DNA of 64,000 bases from Archaeoglobaceae archaeon. GTDB lineage: Archaea; Halobacteriota; Archaeoglobi; Archaeoglobales; Archaeoglobaceae. The notes under the pieces were generated by a model. That model saw only the letters and a program-made list of their open reading frames with translations, had not been told where the DNA came from and searched no databases. A program made the translations under genes and the position numbers. Below are positions 52,476 to 62,195 of the stretch, piece by piece (positions within the stretch are counted from its first letter, which is position 1; every line of letters starts with the position of its first letter). The stretch lies in contig JAVYOO010000005.1 of NCBI GenBank assembly GCA_038734275.1, positions 31,092 to 95,091 on the forward strand. The letters run 5' to 3'.

Positions 52476-53267
52476 ATGGATCTTTGGGGATTCATAAAAG
52501 AGTATTACATTGACTCGATCGTTTACAAGGAGGGATACAACATCGTTAACACGCTTACATGGGCGATTATACTCGTAATTGCAGTTTTTCTGCTTTACAG
52601 ATTCATCGAAAAAAGGTTTGAGATCGACAGAAAGTTTATTTTTGCAAACATCCCATACGTAATACTTGGTTCGTCTTCAAGAGTTGTGGAAGATGCGGGA
52701 TTTTTGAAACCCCCAGTTTCATACGTTTTCATGTCTCCATTCATATTCTTTCTAATCTTTTTCATAGCATTTCCAACCCTTTTAGCATCAAGGAGATTTT
52801 TTGGTGATAGATATTACCTTGCCTATAGTTTGGTTGGGCTCGCTTTTGCGATTCCAACGCTTGCTCTTTTGTTTTTAAATCTAAAAATCGAAAATCCTCT
52901 TATTTTGCCCTATGCAATCATCGGAGCCTTTATCGTTGCCACCGCTTTTTATCAAATTCCGCTTAAAACAAAGAATTTGCTCAGCTTTTCTGTGATGTTT
53001 GCACATATGCTCGATAGCTTTGGAACGTTTTTGGGGGTTCAGTATCATGGCTACGTTGAGATCCACGTGCTTCCAGAACTCATCGTTGAAAACTTCGGGC
53101 CTATAGCTTTACCTATAGCCAAGTTCGCAGTCATAGGACTCGTTCTTTACCTTATAGATGCATCTGAGGAAAAAGAAAGTCTTAAGAACTTCTTAAAATT
53201 CGCTCTGCTCGTTCTGGGGCTTGGTCCAGCTTTGAGAAATGCCTTGAGAATAACCTTCGCGGTATGA
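52476..53267 (+). CDS. DUF63-family integral membrane protein
   Basis: It is polytopic. The N-terminus MDLWGFIKEYYIDSIVYKEGYNIVNTLTWAII is as I recall for DUF63. Confidence 0.6.
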   Translation: MDLWGFIKEYYIDSIVYKEGYNIVNTLTWAIILVIAVFLLYRFIEKRFEIDRKFIFANIPYVILGSSSRVVEDAGFLKPPVSYVFMSPFIFFLIFFIAFPTLLASRRFFGDRYYLAYSLVGLAFAIPTLALLFLNLKIENPLILPYAIIGAFIVATAFYQIPLKTKNLLSFSVMFAHMLDSFGTFLGVQYHGYVEIHVLPELIVENFGPIALPIAKFAVIGLVLYLIDASEEKESLKNFLKFALLVLGLGPALRNALRITFAV

Positions 53268-54016
53268 TAGTTACTCTGCTTACAGACTTCGGCGATTTTT
53301 ATCCTGGAGTAATGAAGGGAGTAATATTAAGCTTGGCTCCAGAAGCAAAAATAGTCGATATAGCCCACTCTATTGAACCTCAGAACGTTTTTCAGGGTGC
53401 ATTCTTGCTCTACCACTCCTATCGATTCTTCAGAAATGCGATTCATGTTGCGATCGTGGATCCAGGTGTTGGAAGCAATAGAAAAGCCATTGTTGTTAAA
53501 ACCAAGCACCACTTCTTCGTTGCTCCTGACAACGGCATAGCCTATCCTTCTGCAAGCGAAGATGGGATTCTAAAGATCTATGAGATCGATAACAAGATCT
53601 CAGAGCTCGTTGGAGAGTTATCCACGACTTTTCATGGAAGAGACGTCTTCGCTCCAGCGGTGGCGATGCTTTTGAAACAAGATTTCAGCTACTTCAGAGA
53701 AATAGATGCCATGCAACCTTTAAATCTTTTTGACTACGCTTTAGAAGGAAAAAATCTAAAGGCAAGGGTTGTTTATGTCGATAGATTTGGAAATCTGATC
53801 ACAAATGTTCCCGCAAATGCCTTGATGGGTGCAAAAGGTTTTAATCTTCATGGCATAGAATTTCCGATAGTGAAGACTTACTCTGATGTGGCTGAAGGTG
53901 AACCCTTGGCTTTGATCGGTAGCTTTGGAACTCTTGAGCTTAGCGTTAGAAATGGCAGTGCTTCGAAGTTGCTTGGAATCAGCTCAGGCTTTGTCGAGAT
54001 GGAGGTGCTGAGATGA
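53264..54016 (+). CDS. SAM hydrolase / SAM hydroxide adenosyltransferase (DUF62, fluorinase-like family)
   Basis: It has IVTLLTDFGDFYPGVMKGVI, VDPGVGS and FHGRDVFAP motifs. It overlaps the upstream gene by 4 nt. Confidence 0.8.
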   Translation: MIVTLLTDFGDFYPGVMKGVILSLAPEAKIVDIAHSIEPQNVFQGAFLLYHSYRFFRNAIHVAIVDPGVGSNRKAIVVKTKHHFFVAPDNGIAYPSASEDGILKIYEIDNKISELVGELSTTFHGRDVFAPAVAMLLKQDFSYFREIDAMQPLNLFDYALEGKNLKARVVYVDRFGNLITNVPANALMGAKGFNLHGIEFPIVKTYSDVAEGEPLALIGSFGTLELSVRNGSASKLLGISSGFVEMEVLR

Positions 54017-54414
54017 ACGAAAAAATTCTTGCAAAAATGATTGAATCGGTTAACAAACACATGCCTGCAGTGACGAGAAATCTTGAAGAAATGCTAAATG
54101 AGAAGGATCCGACGATTCTTGCAAAGGATGGAAATGAATACTACATCGAGAAGAAAGAACTCGAGTTCATAGCACAGCACGTTGACGAGCTTGAAAGGAA
54201 AAAATTCAGGATCCCGATAATCTTGGAGATGTGCGAAATCGGTGGCGAAAGGGTAATTTTCGTAAGAGACAAGCTTCACATAGATTTTATAAAAAAAGCC
54301 TTTGGTTATGACCGCATGGTTAATGATAACCTGATGCTTTACCTTTACGAGCTTCCCGCAATAAGAAGAAAGCTTAGAACCGCAACACAGGTTATGTTTA
54401 GGGTGGAATTATGA
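54013..54414 (+). CDS. DUF61 / UPF0216-family protein
   Basis: 133 aa, with the sequence pattern of the UPF0216 family as I recall it. It has 4-nt overlaps on both sides. Confidence 0.5.
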   Translation: MNEKILAKMIESVNKHMPAVTRNLEEMLNEKDPTILAKDGNEYYIEKKELEFIAQHVDELERKKFRIPIILEMCEIGGERVIFVRDKLHIDFIKKAFGYDRMVNDNLMLYLYELPAIRRKLRTATQVMFRVEL

Positions 54415-55727
54415 GTCTTTTCGGCACAAATGGTGTTCGTGGAATTGCGAATGAAGAGCTCACAGCGGAAATGGCTTTAGATTTGGGCAGAGTGATAGCG
54501 ACTTTAAAGCCCGGAAAAATAGCGGTTGCTTGCGACACAAGGCTTTCAAGCTTCATGCTGAAATCTGCGGTTCTTGCAGGAATAATGTCTGCAGGTAGCG
54601 TCGCAGTTGATCTCGGAATCGCTCCAACTCCAGCACTTCAGTTTTACGCAAAATTAAAGAAGATTGCAGGAGTTGTTGTTACTGCAAGCCATAATCCGAG
54701 AGAATACAACGGGATAAAGTTTGTTCAGGAAAATGGAGCAGAATTCTTTAGAGAAATGGATGAGCAAAGCGAAAGAGTTTACATGAGCAAAAGCTTTAGG
54801 ATTGCGAAATGGAATGAGGTTGGTAGCCTTTTACACGACAATTGCATTGAGCCATACGTTAACGCAATCGTTGAAAGCGTTGCGATTGACAAAAAATACC
54901 GCGTTGCAGTCGATTGTGGCAATGGTGCTGGTTGCTTTACAACTCCTGAAATCCTGAAAAGGCTTGGTTGCGAGGTTTATGGTATAAACTGCAACCCAGA
55001 CGGTAGATTTCCTGCAAGAAACCCTGAACCAGTTGAAAAAGAACTCGGACTTCTTAAGAGGGCGGTTGTTGATTTTGGAGCGGATTTGGGTGTTGCTCAC
55101 GATGGCGACGCAGACAGGGCGGTTTTTGTGAATGAGAAGGGAGAGTTCGTTTCAGAAGATGCGATGCTTGCGTTGATGGCAAAGCACTACGTCGAGAAGC
55201 ATGGTGGAGGCATTGTGGTAACTCCAGTTTCATCTTCTCGTTGCGTTGAAGATGCGGTAAAATCTGCTGGAGGAGAAGTGGTTTATACTGCTGTAGGTTC
55301 GCCAGTTGTTGCAAAGGTCATGATTGAAAAGAAAGCTATCTTTGGTGGCGAAGGAAATGGCGGACTGATCTTTCCAGAGCATCTGCTTGCAAGAGATGGG
55401 GGTATGAGCGTTGCAAAAATCCTCGAGCTTATGGACGAGACTGGAAAAAAGCTAAGTGAGCTAATTGCAGAGATTCCACGTTATTACATGCTTAAAGGCA
55501 AGGTTGAGTGCAGGAATAAGGAAAAAGTTCTTTCTGAGCTTCGAAGTAGATTCCCAGATGCCAATCATGTCGATGGTGCAAGGATCGATTTTGAAGACGG
55601 CTGGATTCTGATTCGTCCCTCGGGCACAGAGCCAATTGCAAGGATTTATGCTGAAGGCAAAACCAAGGAAAGGGCTGAAGAGCTTTACAGCGAGGGCATG
55701 AAGATTTTAAAGCAGATTCTCAGTTGA
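54411..55727 (+). CDS. glmM: phosphohexomutase (phosphoglucosamine mutase / phosphomannomutase)
   Basis: It has the active-site Ser loop VVTASHNPREYNGIKF, the Mg site GVAHDGDADR, and the sugar and phosphate loops GGEGNGG and RPSGTEP. Confidence 0.88.
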   Translation: MSLFGTNGVRGIANEELTAEMALDLGRVIATLKPGKIAVACDTRLSSFMLKSAVLAGIMSAGSVAVDLGIAPTPALQFYAKLKKIAGVVVTASHNPREYNGIKFVQENGAEFFREMDEQSERVYMSKSFRIAKWNEVGSLLHDNCIEPYVNAIVESVAIDKKYRVAVDCGNGAGCFTTPEILKRLGCEVYGINCNPDGRFPARNPEPVEKELGLLKRAVVDFGADLGVAHDGDADRAVFVNEKGEFVSEDAMLALMAKHYVEKHGGGIVVTPVSSSRCVEDAVKSAGGEVVYTAVGSPVVAKVMIEKKAIFGGEGNGGLIFPEHLLARDGGMSVAKILELMDETGKKLSELIAEIPRYYMLKGKVECRNKEKVLSELRSRFPDANHVDGARIDFEDGWILIRPSGTEPIARIYAEGKTKERAEELYSEGMKILKQILS

Positions 55728-55813
55728 TTTTTTGAATTTTATTAATTCGGCTAATTTTTGACTCGAAAATAACTTGATAAAAGTTTATAAATTTCGCATC
55801 ACTGCTTTGAAAC

Positions 55814-56848
55814 ATGAGGTTCGGGAATCTTTTGTCCCCTCCAATGCCACCACTTGACAGGGCGATGAAGATAGCAATTCAGAGCGACGAAATGGGGTTC
55901 TATTCACTCGTGATCCCAGACCACACCCTTATGGTTCCTCCAGGGTTAACTCCGAATGCTTTGGCAATCCTATCCGCAGTTGCAATGAAAACTCAGAAAA
56001 TAAAGCTTGGAACTGGCGTTACGGACTTCGTTAGATATCATCCATCAATTCTCGCACAGTTCTTCGCAACGCTTGACCATCTGGCTCCAGGAAGGACTTT
56101 TTTGGGCGTTGGAGCTGGAGAAGCGATGAACATTCTACCTTTCGGGATAAAATGGGATAGGTTCAACATGCTTAAAGAGGGTATAGAGATCACAAAGAAG
56201 CTCTGGGAAGGTGAGACCTTTTCTTATTCTGGAAAGGCATTCAAACTTGAAAATGCGTTTCTCCAGATCAAACCTGTGCAAAAGATTCCGATTTACGTTG
56301 GTGCAAACGGTAAAAAAACGAGAGAACTCACTGGGATGCTCTGCGATGGCTGGATGCCAATAGTCGAAACTCCAAAGACATACAAAGAGAATCTTCAAGA
56401 CGTGAAAAGAGGGGCTGAGAAAGCTGGGCGAAATCTCGATGAGATCGACACTGCATTGCAGATCTACACCGCGATCGATTACGACAGTAGTCAGGCGATG
56501 GAAAGGGCAAGACGTTTTGCGGGCATAGTCATTTCAGCCCTCGAAAAGGTTGAGCAAGCCGGCTATACTCTCGATGTTCCGAAGGATTTCTCGAAGAGAT
56601 TTTATTTTGAGAGATTGATGCTTACAGACGATTCGCTCTCGAAGTTCATCGAATACGCTTCAAGAGTAAGCGACGAAATTCTGGCGGATTTCTTCATAGT
56701 CGGAAATCCAGAGGAGTGCATTTCTAAGATAGAAGAATTCAGAAAGGCGGGCGTTAAGCATTTGATGGTCATAAACGTCGGACCAGATCCAAAGCTTGTG
56801 ATGAAAATCTATGCTGAGAAGATAATACCCGCTTTCAGAGAGGATTAA
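55814..56848 (+). CDS. luciferase-like (LLM class) F420-dependent oxidoreductase, Mer-related
   Basis: The TIM-barrel LLM pattern is present (FYSLVIPDH, LGVGAGE). The length is 344 aa. A TATA box lies about 27 nt upstream. Confidence 0.7.
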   Translation: MRFGNLLSPPMPPLDRAMKIAIQSDEMGFYSLVIPDHTLMVPPGLTPNALAILSAVAMKTQKIKLGTGVTDFVRYHPSILAQFFATLDHLAPGRTFLGVGAGEAMNILPFGIKWDRFNMLKEGIEITKKLWEGETFSYSGKAFKLENAFLQIKPVQKIPIYVGANGKKTRELTGMLCDGWMPIVETPKTYKENLQDVKRGAEKAGRNLDEIDTALQIYTAIDYDSSQAMERARRFAGIVISALEKVEQAGYTLDVPKDFSKRFYFERLMLTDDSLSKFIEYASRVSDEILADFFIVGNPEECISKIEEFRKAGVKHLMVINVGPDPKLVMKIYAEKIIPAFRED

Positions 56849-56904
56849 CCCTGTCGAAATATTTATATCAAATATTTATATCCGTCATATTTTTAATTAA
56901 TCCT

Positions 56905-57786
56905 ATGAAGCGATTAAGATCAGAATGGCTGTTGTTCGCTTCCCTGATTTTCTTGCTTCCGATTGCTTTTGGTGCGCTGACAATTTACGACACTTTCGAA
57001 AAAGAGCTCTTAAACGAGACTTTGAATGTCCCGATGGAGAACTACGCCTATGTTAGCTTTTACATAAGCTTAACTGGGAAAACCCAGAACAGGGTTTCTG
57101 TTGATGTGACTGAAATAAATGGCAAATACGTAAACATTTACATTTTCGACGAGGAAAACTTCAACCTTTACAGAGAAGGTAGAACTGCGGGTCCAATTTT
57201 CTCTGCAAGAGCTGAAAAGACGTATTCGAAGGTCTTTATTCCTGAAAAAAGTGGAAACTATTACGTTGTTATTGAGAACAGAGACCCCTTCAAAAAAACA
57301 GTTCGAGTGCAAGTTACATGGAAATATGGCGTTTCAGCTCCGGATTTGATTCCCGAATTTGTTGAAGCTCACCCTTCCGAGGTTTTCTGGGGTGAAAAAG
57401 TTTACGTTGACTTCAAAATAAAGAACTACAGCCCCGTAAAAGCTGGAACCCATGAAGTTGCGGTGTATCTTGAAGGCGAGGACGGAAAACTATACGAGCT
57501 CGATCGCATAAAGGTTGATCAGATCCTTGCTGAAGAAGTGAAGAGCCTCAGTTGTGAAAAAGTAATCTCAGACAAGGTTCCGAGAGGTTTGTATCGCGTA
57601 AAAATCGTTGCGGATTCAATGAATCAGGTCGAGGAATACAACGAGACGAACAACACGATCTACGGAGCCAAGATTTTTGTTAAGGGCAGCTCTTTGACAC
57701 CTTCAGGTGCAAGAAGCCCAGGCTTTGAGCTTCTGCTTTCACTTATTGCATTAATCGGAATTGCACTATTGTTCAGAAAGCGTTAA
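56905..57786 (+). CDS. surface protein with CARDB-like domain and PGF-CTERM sorting signal
   Basis: It has a signal peptide, a CARDB hallmark (EEYNETNNTIY) and a C-terminal tripartite signal (PGFELLLSLIALIGIALLFRKR). Confidence 0.7.
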   Translation: MKRLRSEWLLFASLIFLLPIAFGALTIYDTFEKELLNETLNVPMENYAYVSFYISLTGKTQNRVSVDVTEINGKYVNIYIFDEENFNLYREGRTAGPIFSARAEKTYSKVFIPEKSGNYYVVIENRDPFKKTVRVQVTWKYGVSAPDLIPEFVEAHPSEVFWGEKVYVDFKIKNYSPVKAGTHEVAVYLEGEDGKLYELDRIKVDQILAEEVKSLSCEKVISDKVPRGLYRVKIVADSMNQVEEYNETNNTIYGAKIFVKGSSLTPSGARSPGFELLLSLIALIGIALLFRKR

Positions 57787-57846
57787 ATTCAGCTCAAAAA
57801 TTTTTATAAAAAATAAATAACGGGATAGGGCGGAAAGCACTGCAGA

Positions 57847-57921
57847 TAGCGGGGCGTGGATTTGAACCACGGATCTGCGGGTTATGAGCCCGCCGGGATT
57901 ACCTGACTACCCTACCCCGCT
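57847..57921 (-). tRNA. tRNA-iMet: initiator tRNA-Met (anticodon CAU)
   Basis: 75 nt with an A1:U72 acceptor end (AGCGGGG/CCCCGCT). There are three consecutive G:C pairs at the base of the anticodon stem (GCGGG-CTCATAA-CCCGC). No CCA is encoded. Confidence 0.9.
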
Positions 57922-58106
57922 TCAAGTTTTTGTCTTCTTGCGGTATTTCAAATTTTTCTTTCTATGAATTAAGATCTGGATCATGCTTTAAAGCGTTGAT
58001 CTTGGTTAGCGTTTAACAATAAAATAGAAGTTTAAGAAAGCTTTAAGAAGGCTGTAAGTTCTTAGTCACAGTAAAGCTTATCAATAGATATGAGTTTATC
58101 GCAATC

Positions 58107-58556
58107 ATGGATTTATATTTCATTGTTCCAATACTTGGGGCACTCGCCTTGCTGTCCGCAATCGCTTCGCTATTAACAAGGGATAACTTCTACTCTGCCT
58201 TATACATGTCTTTAACAATGCTTTTCATCGCTGGGATCTATGCATTCTACAATCTTCAGCCTTCGGTTGTTCTAATTACTCTTGTCTTCGTTGGTGCTGT
58301 CGGCGTTGTAACGATTGCGGTTGCAGCAACCTACAGGGCTAAGAGTTCCAGAAAGCTTAGCATGTTGCCCGCCTTAGCGATCGCTATTGTTGTTGCGCTT
58401 ATAATTTTGCGATTGCCTTTAGAGTTTCGTTTTGAAGTTTTGGAGAATGGAATAACTTTTCTTGGCGATTACTTCATTGCGGTTCTTTTCCTTGTCTGCA
58501 TGATGATATTAATAATGCTATCAACGATAAAAATCCTTAAGGAGGTAGGAAGATGA
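58107..58556 (+). CDS. fqoJ: F420H2:quinone oxidoreductase subunit J (NuoJ-like)
   Basis: It is a 149-aa protein with 5 TM helices, in the position before the NuoK-like gene. It overlaps the next gene by 4 nt. Confidence 0.75.
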   Translation: MDLYFIVPILGALALLSAIASLLTRDNFYSALYMSLTMLFIAGIYAFYNLQPSVVLITLVFVGAVGVVTIAVAATYRAKSSRKLSMLPALAIAIVVALIILRLPLEFRFEVLENGITFLGDYFIAVLFLVCMMILIMLSTIKILKEVGR

Positions 58557-58846
58557 TCGAGCTCGCAATTGCACTGGTTGTCATTTTTGTGGCTTATCTA
58601 ATGGCAATATCTTCCAGAGATGCGGTTAGATTGCTAATAAGCCTCGAGCTTATGTTTGCGGGAGTATTCTTGGCAATTCTGCCATTGTTTGCCTCAATTC
58701 CAGACACCGCTTTTGCAATTCTCGTTGTTGCCATCTTTACGAGCGGTGCGGAGCTCTTAATTCTGATCTCTGCAATCATAATCCTTGACAAGCTTAAGAA
58801 GGGCATCGAGATCGAGAAAATCTCGACTGGAGGTGATGTTGAATGA
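58553..58846 (+). CDS. fqoK: F420H2:quinone oxidoreductase subunit K (NuoK-like)
   Basis: 97 aa with 3 TM helices and conserved membrane Glu residues (SLELMFAG, GAELLIL). Confidence 0.8.
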   Translation: MIELAIALVVIFVAYLMAISSRDAVRLLISLELMFAGVFLAILPLFASIPDTAFAILVVAIFTSGAELLILISAIIILDKLKKGIEIEKISTGGDVE

Positions 58847-60270
58847 ATTTTCTGCTAATTCTTCTTTTTCCCCTTCTGATCACATTCATACTTCCGATCT
58901 TCAGAGCAAGAATAGCAACCGCTTTGTCAACGATCTCTTTCCTGATTCCAGCATTTGTTTCTTTGTATCTGCTATTGACTGCACATAGAGGAGAAGAGCT
59001 ACTAATGAATCTGCCAGCACCAATTGGGGACTTCTACTTGCTATATGATCCAATAAGCCACGCATTTGGCTTTACGATTTCATTGGTTTCAGCAATGGTT
59101 GCCCTTTACTCTTTGCCCTACATGAAGCATAGATTTGAAGAGATGGGAGCAAAAGAAGGAGAGTTCAGAAAATACTGGTTCCTATACAATCTATATGCAG
59201 TCTCAATGTTATGGCTCGTTTACAGCGGGAACTTGCTTTTGCTATACATCTTCCTTGAAATTTCCTTACTCGCTTCGTTCATGCTCATTTACTTATACGG
59301 CTACGGCAACAGGCAATGGGTCGGAATTCTTTACTTTGTATGGACACACATCGCTGGTGTTTTGGCTTTAACTGGTTTCCTTATCGTTGCTTTTGCAAAT
59401 CAGACCCTTGCTTTAAATGAGTTGAAGGTCATAGGCTTTATTCCATGGCTTCTTATCTTTCTTGGAATGGTTGTCAAGCTTCCGGGGCTTGGACCTCACA
59501 TCTGGCTACCTTGGGCTCACGCAGAAGCTCCAACCCCAGTTAGCGCTTTGCTGAGCCCGCTGACAGTTGGACTTGCGGGCTATGTGCTTCTGAGAATTTA
59601 TCTCATTGACAGCTCCTTCATAGTTCAGTTTAGAGACATTATAATCTTCTACGCAATAATCTCGAGCATCTACGCTGGACTCAGCGTCTTCAAGCAAAGG
59701 GATTACAAGAGATTGCTTGCATACTCCACAGTCTCGCAGATGGGCTATGTGCTAATTGCAATCTGTCTCGGCTCCTACGGGCTCATTGGGCTCGTAATCC
59801 AGTATATGAGCCACGCATTTGGCAAAGCAATCCTCTTCATGACCGCTGGAGCAATCATAGCGACTTTCCACGGGCTTAGAAATCTCGACAAAATGAAGGG
59901 GATGCACGAGTTTGTTCCCACGATTTCCAACGCAGCACTGCTTGGCTTCATGACGCTGAGCGGTATCATAACGATTGGAATGTTTGCTGAATTCTTTATA
60001 CTGCTCGGACTAACTCAAATCTATGGGTTCAATTTGCAAATAATTTCTTTGGTTGTTCTTGTTTTCATAATTTCTGGGCTATACAGCTTCTACACGATGA
60101 AAGAAATCTACTACGGAACACCAATGAGCTACGAGAAGCCAAAGTTCAGCAGGCTACTTGATCTGCCCTTGTATGCGATTGCTTTCTTCAGCGTAGCCTT
60201 TATCTTTCCGCCCTTGGCTCCCGCCCTTCTTGACGGCATAAAGCTTGCCCTCGGGGGTGTTATGCCATGA
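58843..60270 (+). CDS. fqoM: F420H2:quinone oxidoreductase antiporter-like subunit M (NuoM-like)
   Basis: It is an Mrp-antiporter-like sequence (WLPWAHAEAPTPVSALLS, LLAYSTVSQMGYV). The subunit name is assigned from the A. fulgidus operon order as I recall it. Confidence 0.8.
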   Translation: MNFLLILLFPLLITFILPIFRARIATALSTISFLIPAFVSLYLLLTAHRGEELLMNLPAPIGDFYLLYDPISHAFGFTISLVSAMVALYSLPYMKHRFEEMGAKEGEFRKYWFLYNLYAVSMLWLVYSGNLLLLYIFLEISLLASFMLIYLYGYGNRQWVGILYFVWTHIAGVLALTGFLIVAFANQTLALNELKVIGFIPWLLIFLGMVVKLPGLGPHIWLPWAHAEAPTPVSALLSPLTVGLAGYVLLRIYLIDSSFIVQFRDIIIFYAIISSIYAGLSVFKQRDYKRLLAYSTVSQMGYVLIAICLGSYGLIGLVIQYMSHAFGKAILFMTAGAIIATFHGLRNLDKMKGMHEFVPTISNAALLGFMTLSGIITIGMFAEFFILLGLTQIYGFNLQIISLVVLVFIISGLYSFYTMKEIYYGTPMSYEKPKFSRLLDLPLYAIAFFSVAFIFPPLAPALLDGIKLALGGVMP

Positions 60271-62195
60271 TAGATTTCCCGCTCAATGAAGCAACCTTAA
60301 TCGCAACTCTGCTCCTTGCCCCAATCATTTCGAGTTTGCCAGTTGCCTTTGCATGGCTAATGGAACCAAAAAGAGAGTGGACAAGAAATCTGCCCATTAT
60401 TGCGGTCTTTGGGCTTTTCATATCTTTAATCTGTTCTCTCTACATCCTTTTTAACTTTGGTAAACTTGAAGGAGCGGTTAAGATTCCATTTGACTGGCTT
60501 CCTGGCTACAACATTAGCTTTGTGTTCATCTTTGACTACCTTAGCAAGATCATGGGTGTGCTCACAGCTTTCATAGCATTCCTCATCGGCGTTTATGGCT
60601 TGGAATACATGAAGCACGATTACCGTCTTGGCTGGTATTGGTTCTTCTTCAACCTGTTCACAGCCTCGATGCTCCTCGTTGTTTACAGCGATAACTTGCT
60701 AATGCTCCTTATTGGCTGGGAAGGGCTTGGATTGGCTTCATGGGGTCTTATAGGGCATTGGTTTAGAGATGACGATGACATGAGCTTCGTTGGAAACGTT
60801 GGCAGAAAAATAGCGGGAATTAACTACTTCTGGTCTCCAAGTCTTGGAGCATGGAGAGCAATCTCGACGATTCGCATAGGAGACATGCCGATGTTCTTCG
60901 CAATCGCCGCAATTTTCTTCTTTGCTGGAACCCTAAACATAAGCGAAATCCACTGGCATGAACTTGCAGAAAAGGTTGGGGCATTTGGAATCTTCTTAAT
61001 ACTCTTCGCTTTCCTGCTCGGTCCATTTACGAAGTCTGCACAGTTACCGTTCAGTGAATGGCTGATGACCGCAATGACTGGTCCTACGACTGTTAGCGCT
61101 TTGCTTCATTCAGCTACAATGGTCGCAGCTGGAACATACATCTTCATGCGACTGAGCTGGTATATGGAGCCATGGAACATCCATAACGCTGGAGTTGAGT
61201 CCATCTACGTTCTTGTTCTTTTCCTTGGCTTGGTTTCAGCTTTTTATGGTGCCTCAGTTGCGCTTGGCTGTCTTGAGAGGAAGGTTTTGCTCGCAGCCTC
61301 GACGATGTCAAGCCTTGGGCTCATGTTTGCAACCGCTTCAGCGAGCAAATGGGTTGGTGAGTTCGCATTGATGGTTGCATTCTGGTATCTCGTCACGCAT
61401 GCCTTCGCAAAGGCTACTTTATTCCTTGTTGCGGGGCATTTAATCCATGAGACTCACGATCGCTTCTGTGTCGGCGGAAAGGATATTGCGAAACATCTAA
61501 GGCTTGCATTTCTTGCAACAATCATCGCAACTCTTTGCCTTAGCGGAATCCCGCCACTTACCGCTTACTGGGTAAAATCCGCAATGGATGGAGTTATGCA
61601 TAGCTTGGAGCATGAATTCGGCTTAATTCCGCTAATGCTATTGGTTTTGACTTCAGCCATTTACTCAGCATTCCTTGCAAAGTTCCTGAGCCTTAACTTC
61701 CTGAAAGGAGATTACAAGCTCAAGGCACATGGCGGTGGAAGGCTGATGAGCTTTGCTTACATCGTAATGGGCTCAATGCTAATTTTGCTCCTTGCAATTT
61801 ACCTCATAGATCACGAATTCCATGAATTTGTCGAGGAGGGATTTTTGACCTCTTCATTAACCGTTGGCTTGGTTGTGCTAACCACTTACCTGATTGGACT
61901 GGCTAAGCCCAGACTTGAGTCTCCAATTGGCAAAGCCCTTGGAGACAGATTATACTTGGCATTTTTGAATGACTACTTAGTCCCCAAGCTTGGCTGGGCT
62001 CTTGCTAAACTCGTGGATTATGGAAATAGAGCAATAGACTTCTTCTGCCATAAAGCGATTCCAGATTCGTTTAACTTTGCTTCTAAGAGCATAAGGAAAG
62101 TGCAGAGCGGTAGCGTTGAGAGATATCTGAAGATCTCAGTCGCGGTAATCCTGCTTCTCCTTGTAGTAGCGGTTGCCTTAGGGGTGATCGTATGA
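60267..62195 (+). CDS. fqoL: F420H2:quinone oxidoreductase antiporter-like subunit L (NuoL-like)
   Basis: 642 aa with an antiporter-like core (LIGWEGLGLASW, SAQLPFSEWL..AMTGPTTVSALLHSATMV). It has the long C-terminal extension typical of NuoL. Confidence 0.87.
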   Translation: MIDFPLNEATLIATLLLAPIISSLPVAFAWLMEPKREWTRNLPIIAVFGLFISLICSLYILFNFGKLEGAVKIPFDWLPGYNISFVFIFDYLSKIMGVLTAFIAFLIGVYGLEYMKHDYRLGWYWFFFNLFTASMLLVVYSDNLLMLLIGWEGLGLASWGLIGHWFRDDDDMSFVGNVGRKIAGINYFWSPSLGAWRAISTIRIGDMPMFFAIAAIFFFAGTLNISEIHWHELAEKVGAFGIFLILFAFLLGPFTKSAQLPFSEWLMTAMTGPTTVSALLHSATMVAAGTYIFMRLSWYMEPWNIHNAGVESIYVLVLFLGLVSAFYGASVALGCLERKVLLAASTMSSLGLMFATASASKWVGEFALMVAFWYLVTHAFAKATLFLVAGHLIHETHDRFCVGGKDIAKHLRLAFLATIIATLCLSGIPPLTAYWVKSAMDGVMHSLEHEFGLIPLMLLVLTSAIYSAFLAKFLSLNFLKGDYKLKAHGGGRLMSFAYIVMGSMLILLLAIYLIDHEFHEFVEEGFLTSSLTVGLVVLTTYLIGLAKPRLESPIGKALGDRLYLAFLNDYLVPKLGWALAKLVDYGNRAIDFFCHKAIPDSFNFASKSIRKVQSGSVERYLKISVAVILLLLVVAVALGVIV

